Below are positions 37,311 through 45,316 of a stretch of DNA of 52,485 bases, piece by piece; positions within the stretch are counted from its first letter, which is position 1; every line of letters starts with the position of its first letter. The DNA comes from a virus (lineage: Duplodnaviria > Caudoviricetes): positions 1 to 52,485 of IMG/VR virus record IMGVR_UViG_3300033145_000528; one strand, 5' to 3'. Both the position numbers and the translations under genes were made by a program. Under the pieces are notes generated by a model. It was not told the DNA's origin, ran no database searches, and worked only from the letters and a program-made list of their open reading frames with translations.

Positions 37311-37586
37311 ATGAAACAGTACGAACAATTTAAATCAGCATTAGCTTTCCAAAAACATCTGCAAGCGGGAAAATATATACCCGATGAGGTAATTGTTGGC
37401 GGTATTTTATTCACTATGGATAATTATGACGATAGCGGAAAGGAAATATCATACAGCAATATAAAACATCAGAAACAAATGTTAATCATTACGGAAAATC
37501 GTTACAGCGTTAAGGGAACATCCGACGCAATAGTGGAGATTGACGAATTGTTTTCAAAACGAGTTGGTTTTCCGTATGTTGAATAA
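37311..37586 (+). CDS. Early hypothetical protein
   Basis: RBS AAGGAG within a repeated leader. Confidence 0.65.
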   Translation: MKQYEQFKSALAFQKHLQAGKYIPDEVIVGGILFTMDNYDDSGKEISYSNIKHQKQMLIITENRYSVKGTSDAIVEIDELFSKRVGFPYVE

Positions 37587-37603
37587 AACTACGAAAGGAT
37601 AAT

Positions 37604-37804
37604 ATGCAAGCAATCGGTAAATTAACAGTTTTTAACAAAGACTATAGAGTTCTTGTCAGACAGACAAATACTAATCGCTATTATAAGTTAGCAGCGGGAA
37701 AGATTGGAAAGTCTATGTTTTTTGACGAAGCAGACGGACTTCATTTTGAGGAAAACCCTGTGCTTTTTGCAAAATTTCTTAAAGGTGAAGTTGTTAAGAT
37801 ATGA
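37604..37804 (+). CDS. Early hypothetical protein
   Basis: RBS AAGGA within a repeated leader. Confidence 0.6.
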   Translation: MQAIGKLTVFNKDYRVLVRQTNTNRYYKLAAGKIGKSMFFDEADGLHFEENPVLFAKFLKGEVVKI

Positions 37805-37816
37805 AAGGAAAGTACA

Positions 37817-38029
37817 ATGACAGGCAAACACACAAAAACACCGTACTCGCATGGAAAACTGGTTGAGGCGTTGGAACTTATAACACGGGGTAGTCTGGAT
37901 GAAATGAAACTGTGGCTACTGGTGCATGAACCATCACAGCCAAATGAACACGAACCATTAGTAAATTGTAATAGAGCCGTGTTAAATGCATTAATTGCTA
38001 AACGAACACTTGTTGAGGTTGGAAAATAA
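37817..38029 (+). CDS. Early hypothetical protein, partial paralog of 38053-38322
   Basis: MTGKHTKTPYSHGKLVEALE. Confidence 0.6.
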   Translation: MTGKHTKTPYSHGKLVEALELITRGSLDEMKLWLLVHEPSQPNEHEPLVNCNRAVLNALIAKRTLVEVGK

Positions 38030-38052
38030 TGAAACCACGAAAGGAAAGTACA

Positions 38053-38322
38053 ATGACTAAACACACACCTACGCCTTATGAATATTCTGGCAATAGTGAG
38101 GTCATCTCCGTAAGAAACGTAACAACATTAAAGCCTGTATGCTTTATAAAGCCCGCAGATTATAATGATGCAGATTTTTTCGTTCGGGCTTGTAACAACC
38201 ATGATAGGCTTATTGAGGCATTGGAAAAGATTGCCAAGTACTCTGGTGAACCATGCAGGCAGGAATATGATTGTAAAAGCGCCCACATAGCCGAACAAGC
38301 ACTTAAACAAGCAAAGGAGTAG
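38053..38322 (+). CDS. Early hypothetical protein (KHTP..ACN.H..L.EAL type)
   Basis: Start set at ATG 38053 after the RBS; recurrent phage early-gene pattern. Confidence 0.7.
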   Translation: MTKHTPTPYEYSGNSEVISVRNVTTLKPVCFIKPADYNDADFFVRACNNHDRLIEALEKIAKYSGEPCRQEYDCKSAHIAEQALKQAKE

Positions 38323-38328
38323 AGCATT

Positions 38329-38526
38329 ATGAGAATCTTTATAACAACATTTATTGACGCTCCAGAAGACTCAGATGTGCAAACCGCAATTGATGATGCA
38401 GCGGATGGGGTTACAAATAACATAGTCCGGCTGAATACTTTACCGGAAGCATCATACCAGTTGTTAGACAACCTACAGTATAGTTTTTCAGACAATTCGG
38501 ATGAGGAAGGGGCTTATAATGGATGA
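38329..38526 (+). CDS. Early hypothetical protein
   Basis: RBS AAGGAG. Confidence 0.6.
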   Translation: MRIFITTFIDAPEDSDVQTAIDDAADGVTNNIVRLNTLPEASYQLLDNLQYSFSDNSDEEGAYNG

Positions 38527-38797
38527 CTTATGCACTGATGTATGGCAGTTTGAAACAAGCGATGAGGAAGACGCAAGTGAAGACTTGAATTACATTATTG
38601 ATAGGGCGCTCAAATTCGAAGGTTCACATGAACGGGCTTATTTGCGCAAACTCTGGGACGGTGAAAGCTGGAAATCTATTAAAGAGAAATTGTTAACAGA
38701 GGGCTCGGCGTGGCATGTCTGGTACATGGATGGAGTGCGACAGCATTTAATAAACTGTTTAGATGAGGAAAGGAAGGCGCAATTATGCAGCGGTTGA
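38519..38797 (+). CDS. Early hypothetical protein
   Basis: RBS AAGGGG before ATG 38519. Confidence 0.6.
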   Translation: MDDLCTDVWQFETSDEEDASEDLNYIIDRALKFEGSHERAYLRKLWDGESWKSIKEKLLTEGSAWHVWYMDGVRQHLINCLDEERKAQLCSG

Positions 38798-38997
38798 AGG
38801 CACGTAAAGAGCTATATGAACAGTTTAGTCGGGATAACCTTGAAAGAATAGCGCTTAATAAGTTCGGGGGGTTTATGAAAACTGAAACCATGACCGATGA
38901 CGCTATAGTCGAAGAATTGCTTTGCTATGATCAGTTCTACATCGAAAAATATGGGTATATAGCGCCCATAATTCACGAGGAGGATGTAACACAATGA
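38785..38997 (+). CDS. Early hypothetical protein
   Basis: RBS; coupled to neighbouring genes. Confidence 0.55.
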   Translation: MQRLKARKELYEQFSRDNLERIALNKFGGFMKTETMTDDAIVEELLCYDQFYIEKYGYIAPIIHEEDVTQ

Positions 38998-39290
38998 AAA
39001 CGACTGTGAGTTTTAGTAGTTTTGCTGATAGTTTTAATGCCGCGCGCCCGGGCAGCTTTAGCTATGATGGGCTGCGAGTGTTGTTTGATTATCTACGGGA
39101 ATATGAGGAAAGCACCGGAGAAGAGCTGGAGCTTGACGTTATAGCTTTCTGTAGTGAATTTTTTGAATATAATAATATTAAGGAATTCAATGAAGATTAT
39201 GGCAGTGAATACGAAAGCTATGAAGAGGTCGAAGGGGGAGTAGACGTTGTGCCTATTGACGATAATAGGTTTATTGTAAAAATATCATAA
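38994..39290 (+). CDS. Acidic phage early protein
   Basis: FSYDGL..LFDYL.EYE..TGEELELDVIA.C.EF.EY pattern; RBS GAGGAGG. Confidence 0.7.
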   Translation: MKTTVSFSSFADSFNAARPGSFSYDGLRVLFDYLREYEESTGEELELDVIAFCSEFFEYNNIKEFNEDYGSEYESYEEVEGGVDVVPIDDNRFIVKIS

Positions 39291-39310
39291 ACTATGAAAG
39301 GGGCGGTATT

Positions 39311-39472
39311 ATGACAACACAAGAAAAAAGGGAGATACTTGCACAAGCTGACATTGAACAGTACGAGGATATGTTATTATACGATATCCTCATGGATGGC
39401 TGCAAGGGCTACAATAACATTGATGAGGAAGAAATTGACAAACTGTATACTGAATTTATCGGGGAGGAATAA
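39311..39472 (+). CDS. Acidic early hypothetical protein (53 aa)
   Basis: Manual translation MTTQEKREILAQADIEQYEDMLLYDILMDGCKGYNN...; RBS AAGGGG. Confidence 0.6.
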   Translation: MTTQEKREILAQADIEQYEDMLLYDILMDGCKGYNNIDEEEIDKLYTEFIGEE

Positions 39473-39476
39473 CACA

Positions 39477-39638
39477 ATGAAACGTCCATATTTTAAAGTG
39501 TATGCATTATCGCAGCACGGTGTTGTTGTCGAATGTATCAGGTGTTACACACTGTCAAAGGCTTATAATATTGTGTATGGTATATTGGCGTTGGGATTGA
39601 AAGCACGGGTGTTTAACGTGCTGCAAAAACAGGTATAA
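39477..39638 (+). CDS. Early hypothetical protein
   Basis: RBS GGAGG before ATG 39477. Confidence 0.55.
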   Translation: MKRPYFKVYALSQHGVVVECIRCYTLSKAYNIVYGILALGLKARVFNVLQKQV

Positions 39639-39667
39639 CTATTCATTATTAACAGGAGGATAACACA

Positions 39668-39898
39668 ATGATATCAGATGCAGACAAGCAGCTATTTCAA
39701 GAGACGTTTGGAGTACCAATCACACACTTTAAAGGTACTCTTAATATATTATTACCGATTGAGGAAACTGGAATTGATATCGTTAAGTTTTGTCATTGGC
39801 TCGAACCTAATTTTGACAATATTAACAAGTCCGGGGCTCAGTTGGTTAAGGATAGGTATGGTGATGACGCTCGTATGCTTATTGAAAGGGTTATTTAA
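39668..39898 (+). CDS. Early hypothetical protein
   Basis: RBS AGGAGG in a repeated leader. Confidence 0.65.
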   Translation: MISDADKQLFQETFGVPITHFKGTLNILLPIEETGIDIVKFCHWLEPNFDNINKSGAQLVKDRYGDDARMLIERVI

Positions 39899-39913
39899 TA
39901 GGAGGATAACACA

Positions 39914-40126
39914 ATGAAGTCCTTTAGATGCATTGTTGACCTGGACGGCTTCAGGAAAACAGAAACCGGCAAGCAAAAAATATGGCGGACTGACAACCGT
40001 ATTACTTATTGCTGTTCGTCCACACCGTCATTGTTTATCTGGGAAAAGAATACCAAGTACAACCACTATGAGGGATACAGCGGGTATGTTGATCCAAGCG
40101 TAGTTACATTAACTAATGGGAGGTAA
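39914..40126 (+). CDS. Early hypothetical protein
   Basis: RBS AGGAGG in a repeated leader. Confidence 0.6.
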   Translation: MKSFRCIVDLDGFRKTETGKQKIWRTDNRITYCCSSTPSLFIWEKNTKYNHYEGYSGYVDPSVVTLTNGR

Positions 40127-40130
40127 CACG

Positions 40131-40721
40131 ATGAAATTACTACACAAATCAATCAAGGTATTAAGTGAATTCACGTCCACCGATGACGGCAGACCCGCTT
40201 TGAAAGGTGTCTTTGTTAAAGGCAATCGGGCGGTTGCGACAAACGGTAAAATGCTTGTTGAGACTAAACTTGCAGAATATAATGACCAATTCCCGGACGT
40301 AGACACTATGCTTGCAGATAATGACAAGCCAGTCATCATTCCAAAAGCGGTGTTTGACAAAGCACAAGCCAATGTACCCAGAAAGCCGCGGTTACCAATA
40401 TTGGAAAACGTATTGATGATATCGGATGGCGAGGATGTCGAGCTTATCGCAACCGACCTTGATAATTCGGTAAGCGTAAAGGGGAAAAGTATTGAGGGCG
40501 ATTATCCTGACATTGACCACGTAAAGCCAGCGGGTGATCCAGAATTCACCATCGCCGTTGATGCGGATCTTCTGGCAAAGTTATCAAAGCTGGCAAAAAA
40601 CCCCGGCAATATTAGTAAAGTAAAATTGCAATTTTACGGTGCGGAGCAGGCGATAGCATTTGAGACATATGGCAAGACTAAATTTACCGGGCTAATTGCT
40701 CCAATACGCTTGGATGCTTGA
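40131..40721 (+). CDS. DNA polymerase III beta-clamp-like protein (partial)
   Basis: RPALKGV..AVATNGKML, PILENVL..LIATDL, GDYPD...V.P, GLIAPIR. Confidence 0.7.
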   Translation: MKLLHKSIKVLSEFTSTDDGRPALKGVFVKGNRAVATNGKMLVETKLAEYNDQFPDVDTMLADNDKPVIIPKAVFDKAQANVPRKPRLPILENVLMISDGEDVELIATDLDNSVSVKGKSIEGDYPDIDHVKPAGDPEFTIAVDADLLAKLSKLAKNPGNISKVKLQFYGAEQAIAFETYGKTKFTGLIAPIRLDA

Positions 40722-40847
40722 CATGGGAATACTAATAATAGTATTTGTTATCGTTTTGGCGACTGGACTTAAACGTAGTCCGGCTAATTATACAATTCAC
40801 ATACGGCGGGGCAAAGGACGATCCCGCTAAACAATTGGAGAGGCATT

Positions 40848-41129
40848 ATGAAGACTATTAAGAAAATCAAAGTAAGCAATATGTCAAGTGAATCATCAGG
40901 GCGTGAGGTCGCAAACCAGTTCATTATTGATACTCCAGACGGTCAATACTTTCAAAGCTACGGCGCAATAATAGCTTTCCAGAACCATACTGGTATATAC
41001 CTGGATAAAAATATGTGGGACTATTCTGTTACTACGGGAAAGTATCGCAATCAGTTCCTCGGCGAGAATATCGCAGAAACAAGGAAAAAGATTAAGTCAG
41101 GTAAATACAAACTTATTGATTTGAATTAA
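40848..41129 (+). CDS. Hypothetical phage early protein
   Basis: VANQFII..YFQSY..IIA..LD...WDYS.TT.KYRNQFL pattern. Confidence 0.7.
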   Translation: MKTIKKIKVSNMSSESSGREVANQFIIDTPDGQYFQSYGAIIAFQNHTGIYLDKNMWDYSVTTGKYRNQFLGENIAETRKKIKSGKYKLIDLN

Positions 41130-41148
41130 CAAACAAGTAAGGATAATT

Positions 41149-41175
41149 AAGCCCGTCTTAATCGGCGGGCTTTTT
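41149..41175 (+). terminator. Rho-independent terminator ending the early array
   Basis: AAGCCCGTC-TTAATC-GGCGGGCTT followed by a T run. Confidence 0.85.
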
Positions 41176-41466
41176 ACTGCTTATACCATAAGCCGTCCGC
41201 CCGATACTATGCAGCATAATTTTTAAGCGGGTAAGCAGCCCCACAGGACACAATAAACGGTAAAGGTATAATAACATATTAGTCGACAATTAAAACGTGC
41301 TGTATGCCCGTTTACTGCAATCCTCGTCAATATCAGGAATTTACTATGTGATATGGGGCTGGTTGTAGGGATGTAGTAATATGGCGATATAGTGATGTAG
41401 TAAACATACTAATATTGCAGTGTGCTAATGTATGGACTAAACAACTGATGTATTCGGGTTGAAATA

Positions 41467-41653
41467 GCGTCTTCAAATGGGGTATGCCAGATGGCGTCTT
41501 CAAATGGCCGTTTTCAAATGGAAATTTCAAAACACCGTCTTCAAATGGGTCTTTTCAAATGGGGACTTTAGAATTGTGTTGCATTTTGCAACATGTGGGT
41601 TTCAAATGGGAAATTGCGTCTTCAAATGAAGTATGTTATAGGGGTTTCAAATG
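41467..41653 (+). repeat. Cluster of eight TTCAAATG direct repeats
   Basis: Copies at 41472, 41499, 41513, 41540, 41554, 41601, 41621 and 41646, plus a variant at 41526. Confidence 0.9.
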
Positions 41654-41683
41654 TTGATGGTCAAGGGAATTAGGGCATAATTG

Positions 41684-41722
41684 AAAAAAGTACTTGACAA
41701 GAACCCCCACCATGTGCAATAT
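41684..41722 (+). promoter_or_regulatory. Promoter for the replication operon
   Basis: AAAAAAGTAC-TTGACA (41694-41699); weak -10 CAATAT at 17 bp. Confidence 0.6.
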
Positions 41723-41840
41723 TGTATCCACAACGCACATCACGATACTGGGAAACGTTTAATGCCAACAATTCACACACTAATCAAAACACTAATCCGC
41801 AAAGAGCCACCTATTAGGACTGGCTGTAAGGAGGAGCAAT

Positions 41841-42023
41841 ATGAAACCACGTAAAGGCAGACGCCGTAGCAAGTCACTAAACATAAGAAACACTGATGTA
41901 ACTGGTATAGCTGGGGCGGTACGGTTATCCGATTACACTGGCAGCTACAGGGAGATATTTGATACCGCACCACGCTCTATCCCGCATATTGACTATTTAA
42001 GCCTGGGAATTCGCAATGAATAA
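41841..42023 (+). CDS. Hypothetical basic protein
   Basis: RBS AAGGAGG; ends GIRNE*. Confidence 0.55.
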   Translation: MKPRKGRRRSKSLNIRNTDVTGIAGAVRLSDYTGSYREIFDTAPRSIPHIDYLSLGIRNE

Positions 42024-42044
42024 ACCAAAGAGGAGGAAAGTAAG

Positions 42045-42290
42045 ATGAAACAAATCACTAATGTACTTGCGCACACGGGTGAGAACAGCGATATATTTTC
42101 TTGGGAGGCCATTGTAGACGAGTATGGTATTCTGCGGGTATATTGCAATAATCATTCCGTACTTGTCGTGCACACGGACAGAGAGGCTCATTTCTACGCA
42201 GATGAGCTGAATGAGTTAGGGATGAAGATTGTGGTAGTAAAAAAAGAGCACACATATGTCATGGACTTTCCGGGAATTCGCAATGAGTAA
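42045..42290 (+). CDS. Hypothetical protein
   Basis: RBS GAGGAGG; ends GIRNE*. Confidence 0.6.
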   Translation: MKQITNVLAHTGENSDIFSWEAIVDEYGILRVYCNNHSVLVVHTDREAHFYADELNELGMKIVVVKKEHTYVMDFPGIRNE

Positions 42291-43650
42291 TAGGCTCACT
42301 GAAACGGGTAATGCCAATACCCTTGTTGATATGTTCGGCGATACCATACGTTACTGTCCCCCAATGAAGGCATGGTATGTGTGGGGCGGGCGCAGATGGC
42401 ACGAGGACACTGATAAGGAGCTGTATCGTATGGCGAAAGCAGTAGCAGCCTCCTACTTCAAATTGTTAGAGGAAATGGATATTGACGACTCCAATAGAAA
42501 CCGCCTGCTCCGACATGCATACTTTAGCGAACGCCTAAGCAGCCTACAAAATATGATAACCATAGCCCAATCGGCAGATGGTATATGTGTGGACGTGGAT
42601 GATTTCGACCGTAATCCCATGCAACTCAACGTAGAAAATGGTACAATCGACCTGGACACACTTAAATTCCACAAGTTTGATAAGCAAGACTACATAACCA
42701 AACTTGCCCCCGTAACCTACACAAAGGGCGCCCGGAGTAATGTCTGGGAGGGCTTTCTGCACGATATAATACCCGACCATGCCACACGTACTTTTCTACA
42801 AACAGCAGTGGGGTATAGTCTCACGTCTGATATGAGTGAGGACAAAATGTTCCTGCTTCACGGTAGAGGGCGTAATGGCAAAACTACATTCGTATCCACT
42901 ATACTTAATATGTTAGGTGATTATGGCGCACAAGCGGCATCTAATATGCTTATGCACAAAAAGAATAGTGGTCCCAGTAACGAGTTATTCGTACTTATTG
43001 GTAAGAGGTTTGTAGCTGCTACCGAAACCGCTGAGTCCCATCGCCTTGATGAAAACCTCATTAAACAGATGACTGGTATGGATCGCATCAGTATCAACCC
43101 GAAATACCGTTCTCAAATGGAATTTACGCCCACATGGAAGATATGGCTTTCCACTAACCACGAACCCATCATTACCGGCACCGACCCTGCTATATGGCGT
43201 CGTTTGCTTAAAATTCCGTTTAACGTAACTATTGCTGAGGAAGATTGCAATCCCAAACTTAAGCCATTCCTGATGAGCAATTTAAAAGAACGTAGTGGTA
43301 TACTGAATTGGGCATTGGATGGTGTTAGGCGATGGAATGATACAGGACTTGTAATTCCCCCACACATTATTGAAGCAACAAGATGGTATAGAGCAAGCCA
43401 GGATCTCACTGGGCAATTTATAGAAGATTGTTGTCAAATTCATCCCGATGTTACCATTTCCAAAAAGAAATTGTATGAGGCATATTTGAATTATTGCAAA
43501 GGAATAAATGAAAAACCGAAGAAGAAATTAGAGTTCGGAAGCCAGATTAGTGAGCGGGAAATCAGCGATGGTAGACGTGCAAATAGTAGGTACTGGAAAG
43601 GCATAAATCTGCGTAAGACAGTAAGCCTCAACCCCTTAGACTTTAATTAG
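42283..43650 (+). CDS. D5/P4-family SF3 helicase (no primase domain)
   Basis: TETGNA..RYC....WYVW.G.RW; LNVENGTIDL; Walker A GRGRNGKTT; E..IKQMTG.D.I; STNHEP...TD.AIWRR; C-terminal winged helix. Confidence 0.92.
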   Translation: MSNRLTETGNANTLVDMFGDTIRYCPPMKAWYVWGGRRWHEDTDKELYRMAKAVAASYFKLLEEMDIDDSNRNRLLRHAYFSERLSSLQNMITIAQSADGICVDVDDFDRNPMQLNVENGTIDLDTLKFHKFDKQDYITKLAPVTYTKGARSNVWEGFLHDIIPDHATRTFLQTAVGYSLTSDMSEDKMFLLHGRGRNGKTTFVSTILNMLGDYGAQAASNMLMHKKNSGPSNELFVLIGKRFVAATETAESHRLDENLIKQMTGMDRISINPKYRSQMEFTPTWKIWLSTNHEPIITGTDPAIWRRLLKIPFNVTIAEEDCNPKLKPFLMSNLKERSGILNWALDGVRRWNDTGLVIPPHIIEATRWYRASQDLTGQFIEDCCQIHPDVTISKKKLYEAYLNYCKGINEKPKKKLEFGSQISEREISDGRRANSRYWKGINLRKTVSLNPLDFN

Positions 43651-43654
43651 GGGA

Positions 43655-43850
43655 ATGACGAAATGACGACCTCGCAAAAAATTTTACAGGGTGTAAACCC
43701 AATAGCAGTGGGGTTCTATGACACAATGACAACCTTTTCTACTTTATACGCACATGTATATTAATGTAATATAAAAAAGAAATAAGAAATATATTTAAAA
43801 GAAAAAGAAATATAAAAGAAAAAGAAAAGTATGTATGCGCGTATAAAACA
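43655..43850. other. Candidate replication origin downstream of the helicase
   Basis: ATGAC pairs at 43655/43663 and 43718/43726, then an A-rich tract bounded by the inverted repeat TTTATACGC (43743) / GCGTATAAA (43839). Confidence 0.55.
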
Positions 43851-43876
43851 TTTCAAATTAATGAGAGGAAAATGGT

Positions 43877-44104
43877 ATGGCAGGAAAACGCACAAATAAA
43901 ACTTTCGTAATTAAAACACTCAGGTTTGCTCCTGAGCAAGTACAAGACATTGAAAGGGTGTTAGAGTTTACACAACCACGTTACCCCAGTTTCAATAACT
44001 TTGTTGTGGTAGCATTAAGTAAACTTGTCAAAGAGGAAAGGAGGGAATTAGAAAAAGAGGGTATTGTCTGGGAACATCTCAGACATGGTAATAACAAATC
44101 ATAA
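43877..44104 (+). CDS. Small DNA-binding protein (ribbon-helix-helix-like)
   Basis: KTLRF..YPSFNNFV..AL..LV.EE pattern. Confidence 0.55.
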   Translation: MAGKRTNKTFVIKTLRFAPEQVQDIERVLEFTQPRYPSFNNFVVVALSKLVKEERRELEKEGIVWEHLRHGNNKS

Positions 44105-44118
44105 AAAGGAGAAGTATT

Positions 44119-44862
44119 ATGGGTGGAACAGTAGATTTACGCCCCGACAGTTTTGCCGAGGGTGGAGGGTTAATTGACGATTTCGATGGAACAATATCGG
44201 ATATTCGGTTTATCATGACGAATTATGGGGGTAGAATATCAGACGCTATACCCGTAGCGTCAGTTAGATTCACTATCGAGGACATGGAATCTGACCCTAC
44301 TCTTTATTCAGTTGGCGGATCTGATGATTTCGCACCTACTACGGATGAAATGGGGTTAAATAAGCTCAAAACGAAAGATAGCCTCACCAAAACCAGCAAG
44401 TTCGGTATGTTTATGGCATCTATTGTTGATGCTGGTTTTCCTTTGAACAAGATGGAGTCTGACAATATAAGCTATCTTGTGGGGCTTGATGCACATTTTC
44501 TGCGGAAGATTGTGGAATATAGTGGGCTGAAAAAGAAAAGTGACCGTGATAACACAGTCCTGCTTTGTACCAAGATTAACACACTGCCCTGGGAAAATAA
44601 GAAAGTTGGCAAGGGTAAAAAGGGAAAGCCCGCAGCAGTGGATGAGGGGCTTGCCAATGATGTCGCAGGGATTATTCAGAGTATGCTTCGCGATACTGAT
44701 TATGGTCTTCCAAAGAAGGATTTGATTTCGGCCTTGTTTAAGAGCAAGGAAATTGCAGCATTGTCGGATAAGAAAGGAGCGCTGAAACTTGCAGTCGATG
44801 ATACATTCCTTAACGGTAGAGAGGAATGGGCATATGAGGATGGTGTGTTATTGAAGTTATAA
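44119..44862 (+). CDS. Hypothetical protein (possible ssDNA-binding protein)
   Basis: Strong RBS; beta-rich N-terminal part with SK.G.F..S motif; replication context. Confidence 0.5.
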   Translation: MGGTVDLRPDSFAEGGGLIDDFDGTISDIRFIMTNYGGRISDAIPVASVRFTIEDMESDPTLYSVGGSDDFAPTTDEMGLNKLKTKDSLTKTSKFGMFMASIVDAGFPLNKMESDNISYLVGLDAHFLRKIVEYSGLKKKSDRDNTVLLCTKINTLPWENKKVGKGKKGKPAAVDEGLANDVAGIIQSMLRDTDYGLPKKDLISALFKSKEIAALSDKKGALKLAVDDTFLNGREEWAYEDGVLLKL

Positions 44863-44977
44863 GCCATCTAAATAGTTAATTTGAGTGGGCTGTGGCATGG
44901 CATTATGGGTAAGGGAAGGTAATAAACCATGATAAGAAACCGAACTTACCTGCCCACTCATTTAAAGGGAGTGGATT

Positions 44978-45316
44978 ATGGCATCAAGAAAAACAAACTT
45001 TACTGTATATGTGGATAAAGAACTTATGACAAAGCCAAGTGAGCTTGTCGATGCGGTATTGGCTCATATGATAAAAAAGGATCTGGATATCAAAAAAAGG
45101 AAACAGTTCTTGGTGGGCTTCATGCGTATCACCGATGACAAAGCTCAACTTGAGTTTATCAATGAGTGGGTGTTGGTGAGAGACGTAGCAACTTTTCCAT
45201 TCAGGTATAATAAGAAAGCAGGGGCAAAAACGGATGAGAATACGGAAGTTGAAGGAGGAGTTCCCGTGGACAACGGAACAGACGGAGAAAAGGAGTCCGG
45301 GACTTCATCTGAGTGA
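44978..45316 (+). CDS. Hypothetical protein
   Basis: RBS GGGAG; 112-aa ORF. Confidence 0.6.
   Translation: MASRKTNFTVYVDKELMTKPSELVDAVLAHMIKKDLDIKKRKQFLVGFMRITDDKAQLEFINEWVLVRDVATFPFRYNKKAGAKTDENTEVEGGVPVDNGTDGEKESGTSSE

Noticed and set aside
41467-41653. CRISPR mini-array
   Set aside because: The repeats are only 8-15 bp with irregular 13-47 bp periods, too short for repeat-spacer units, and there is no cas operon.
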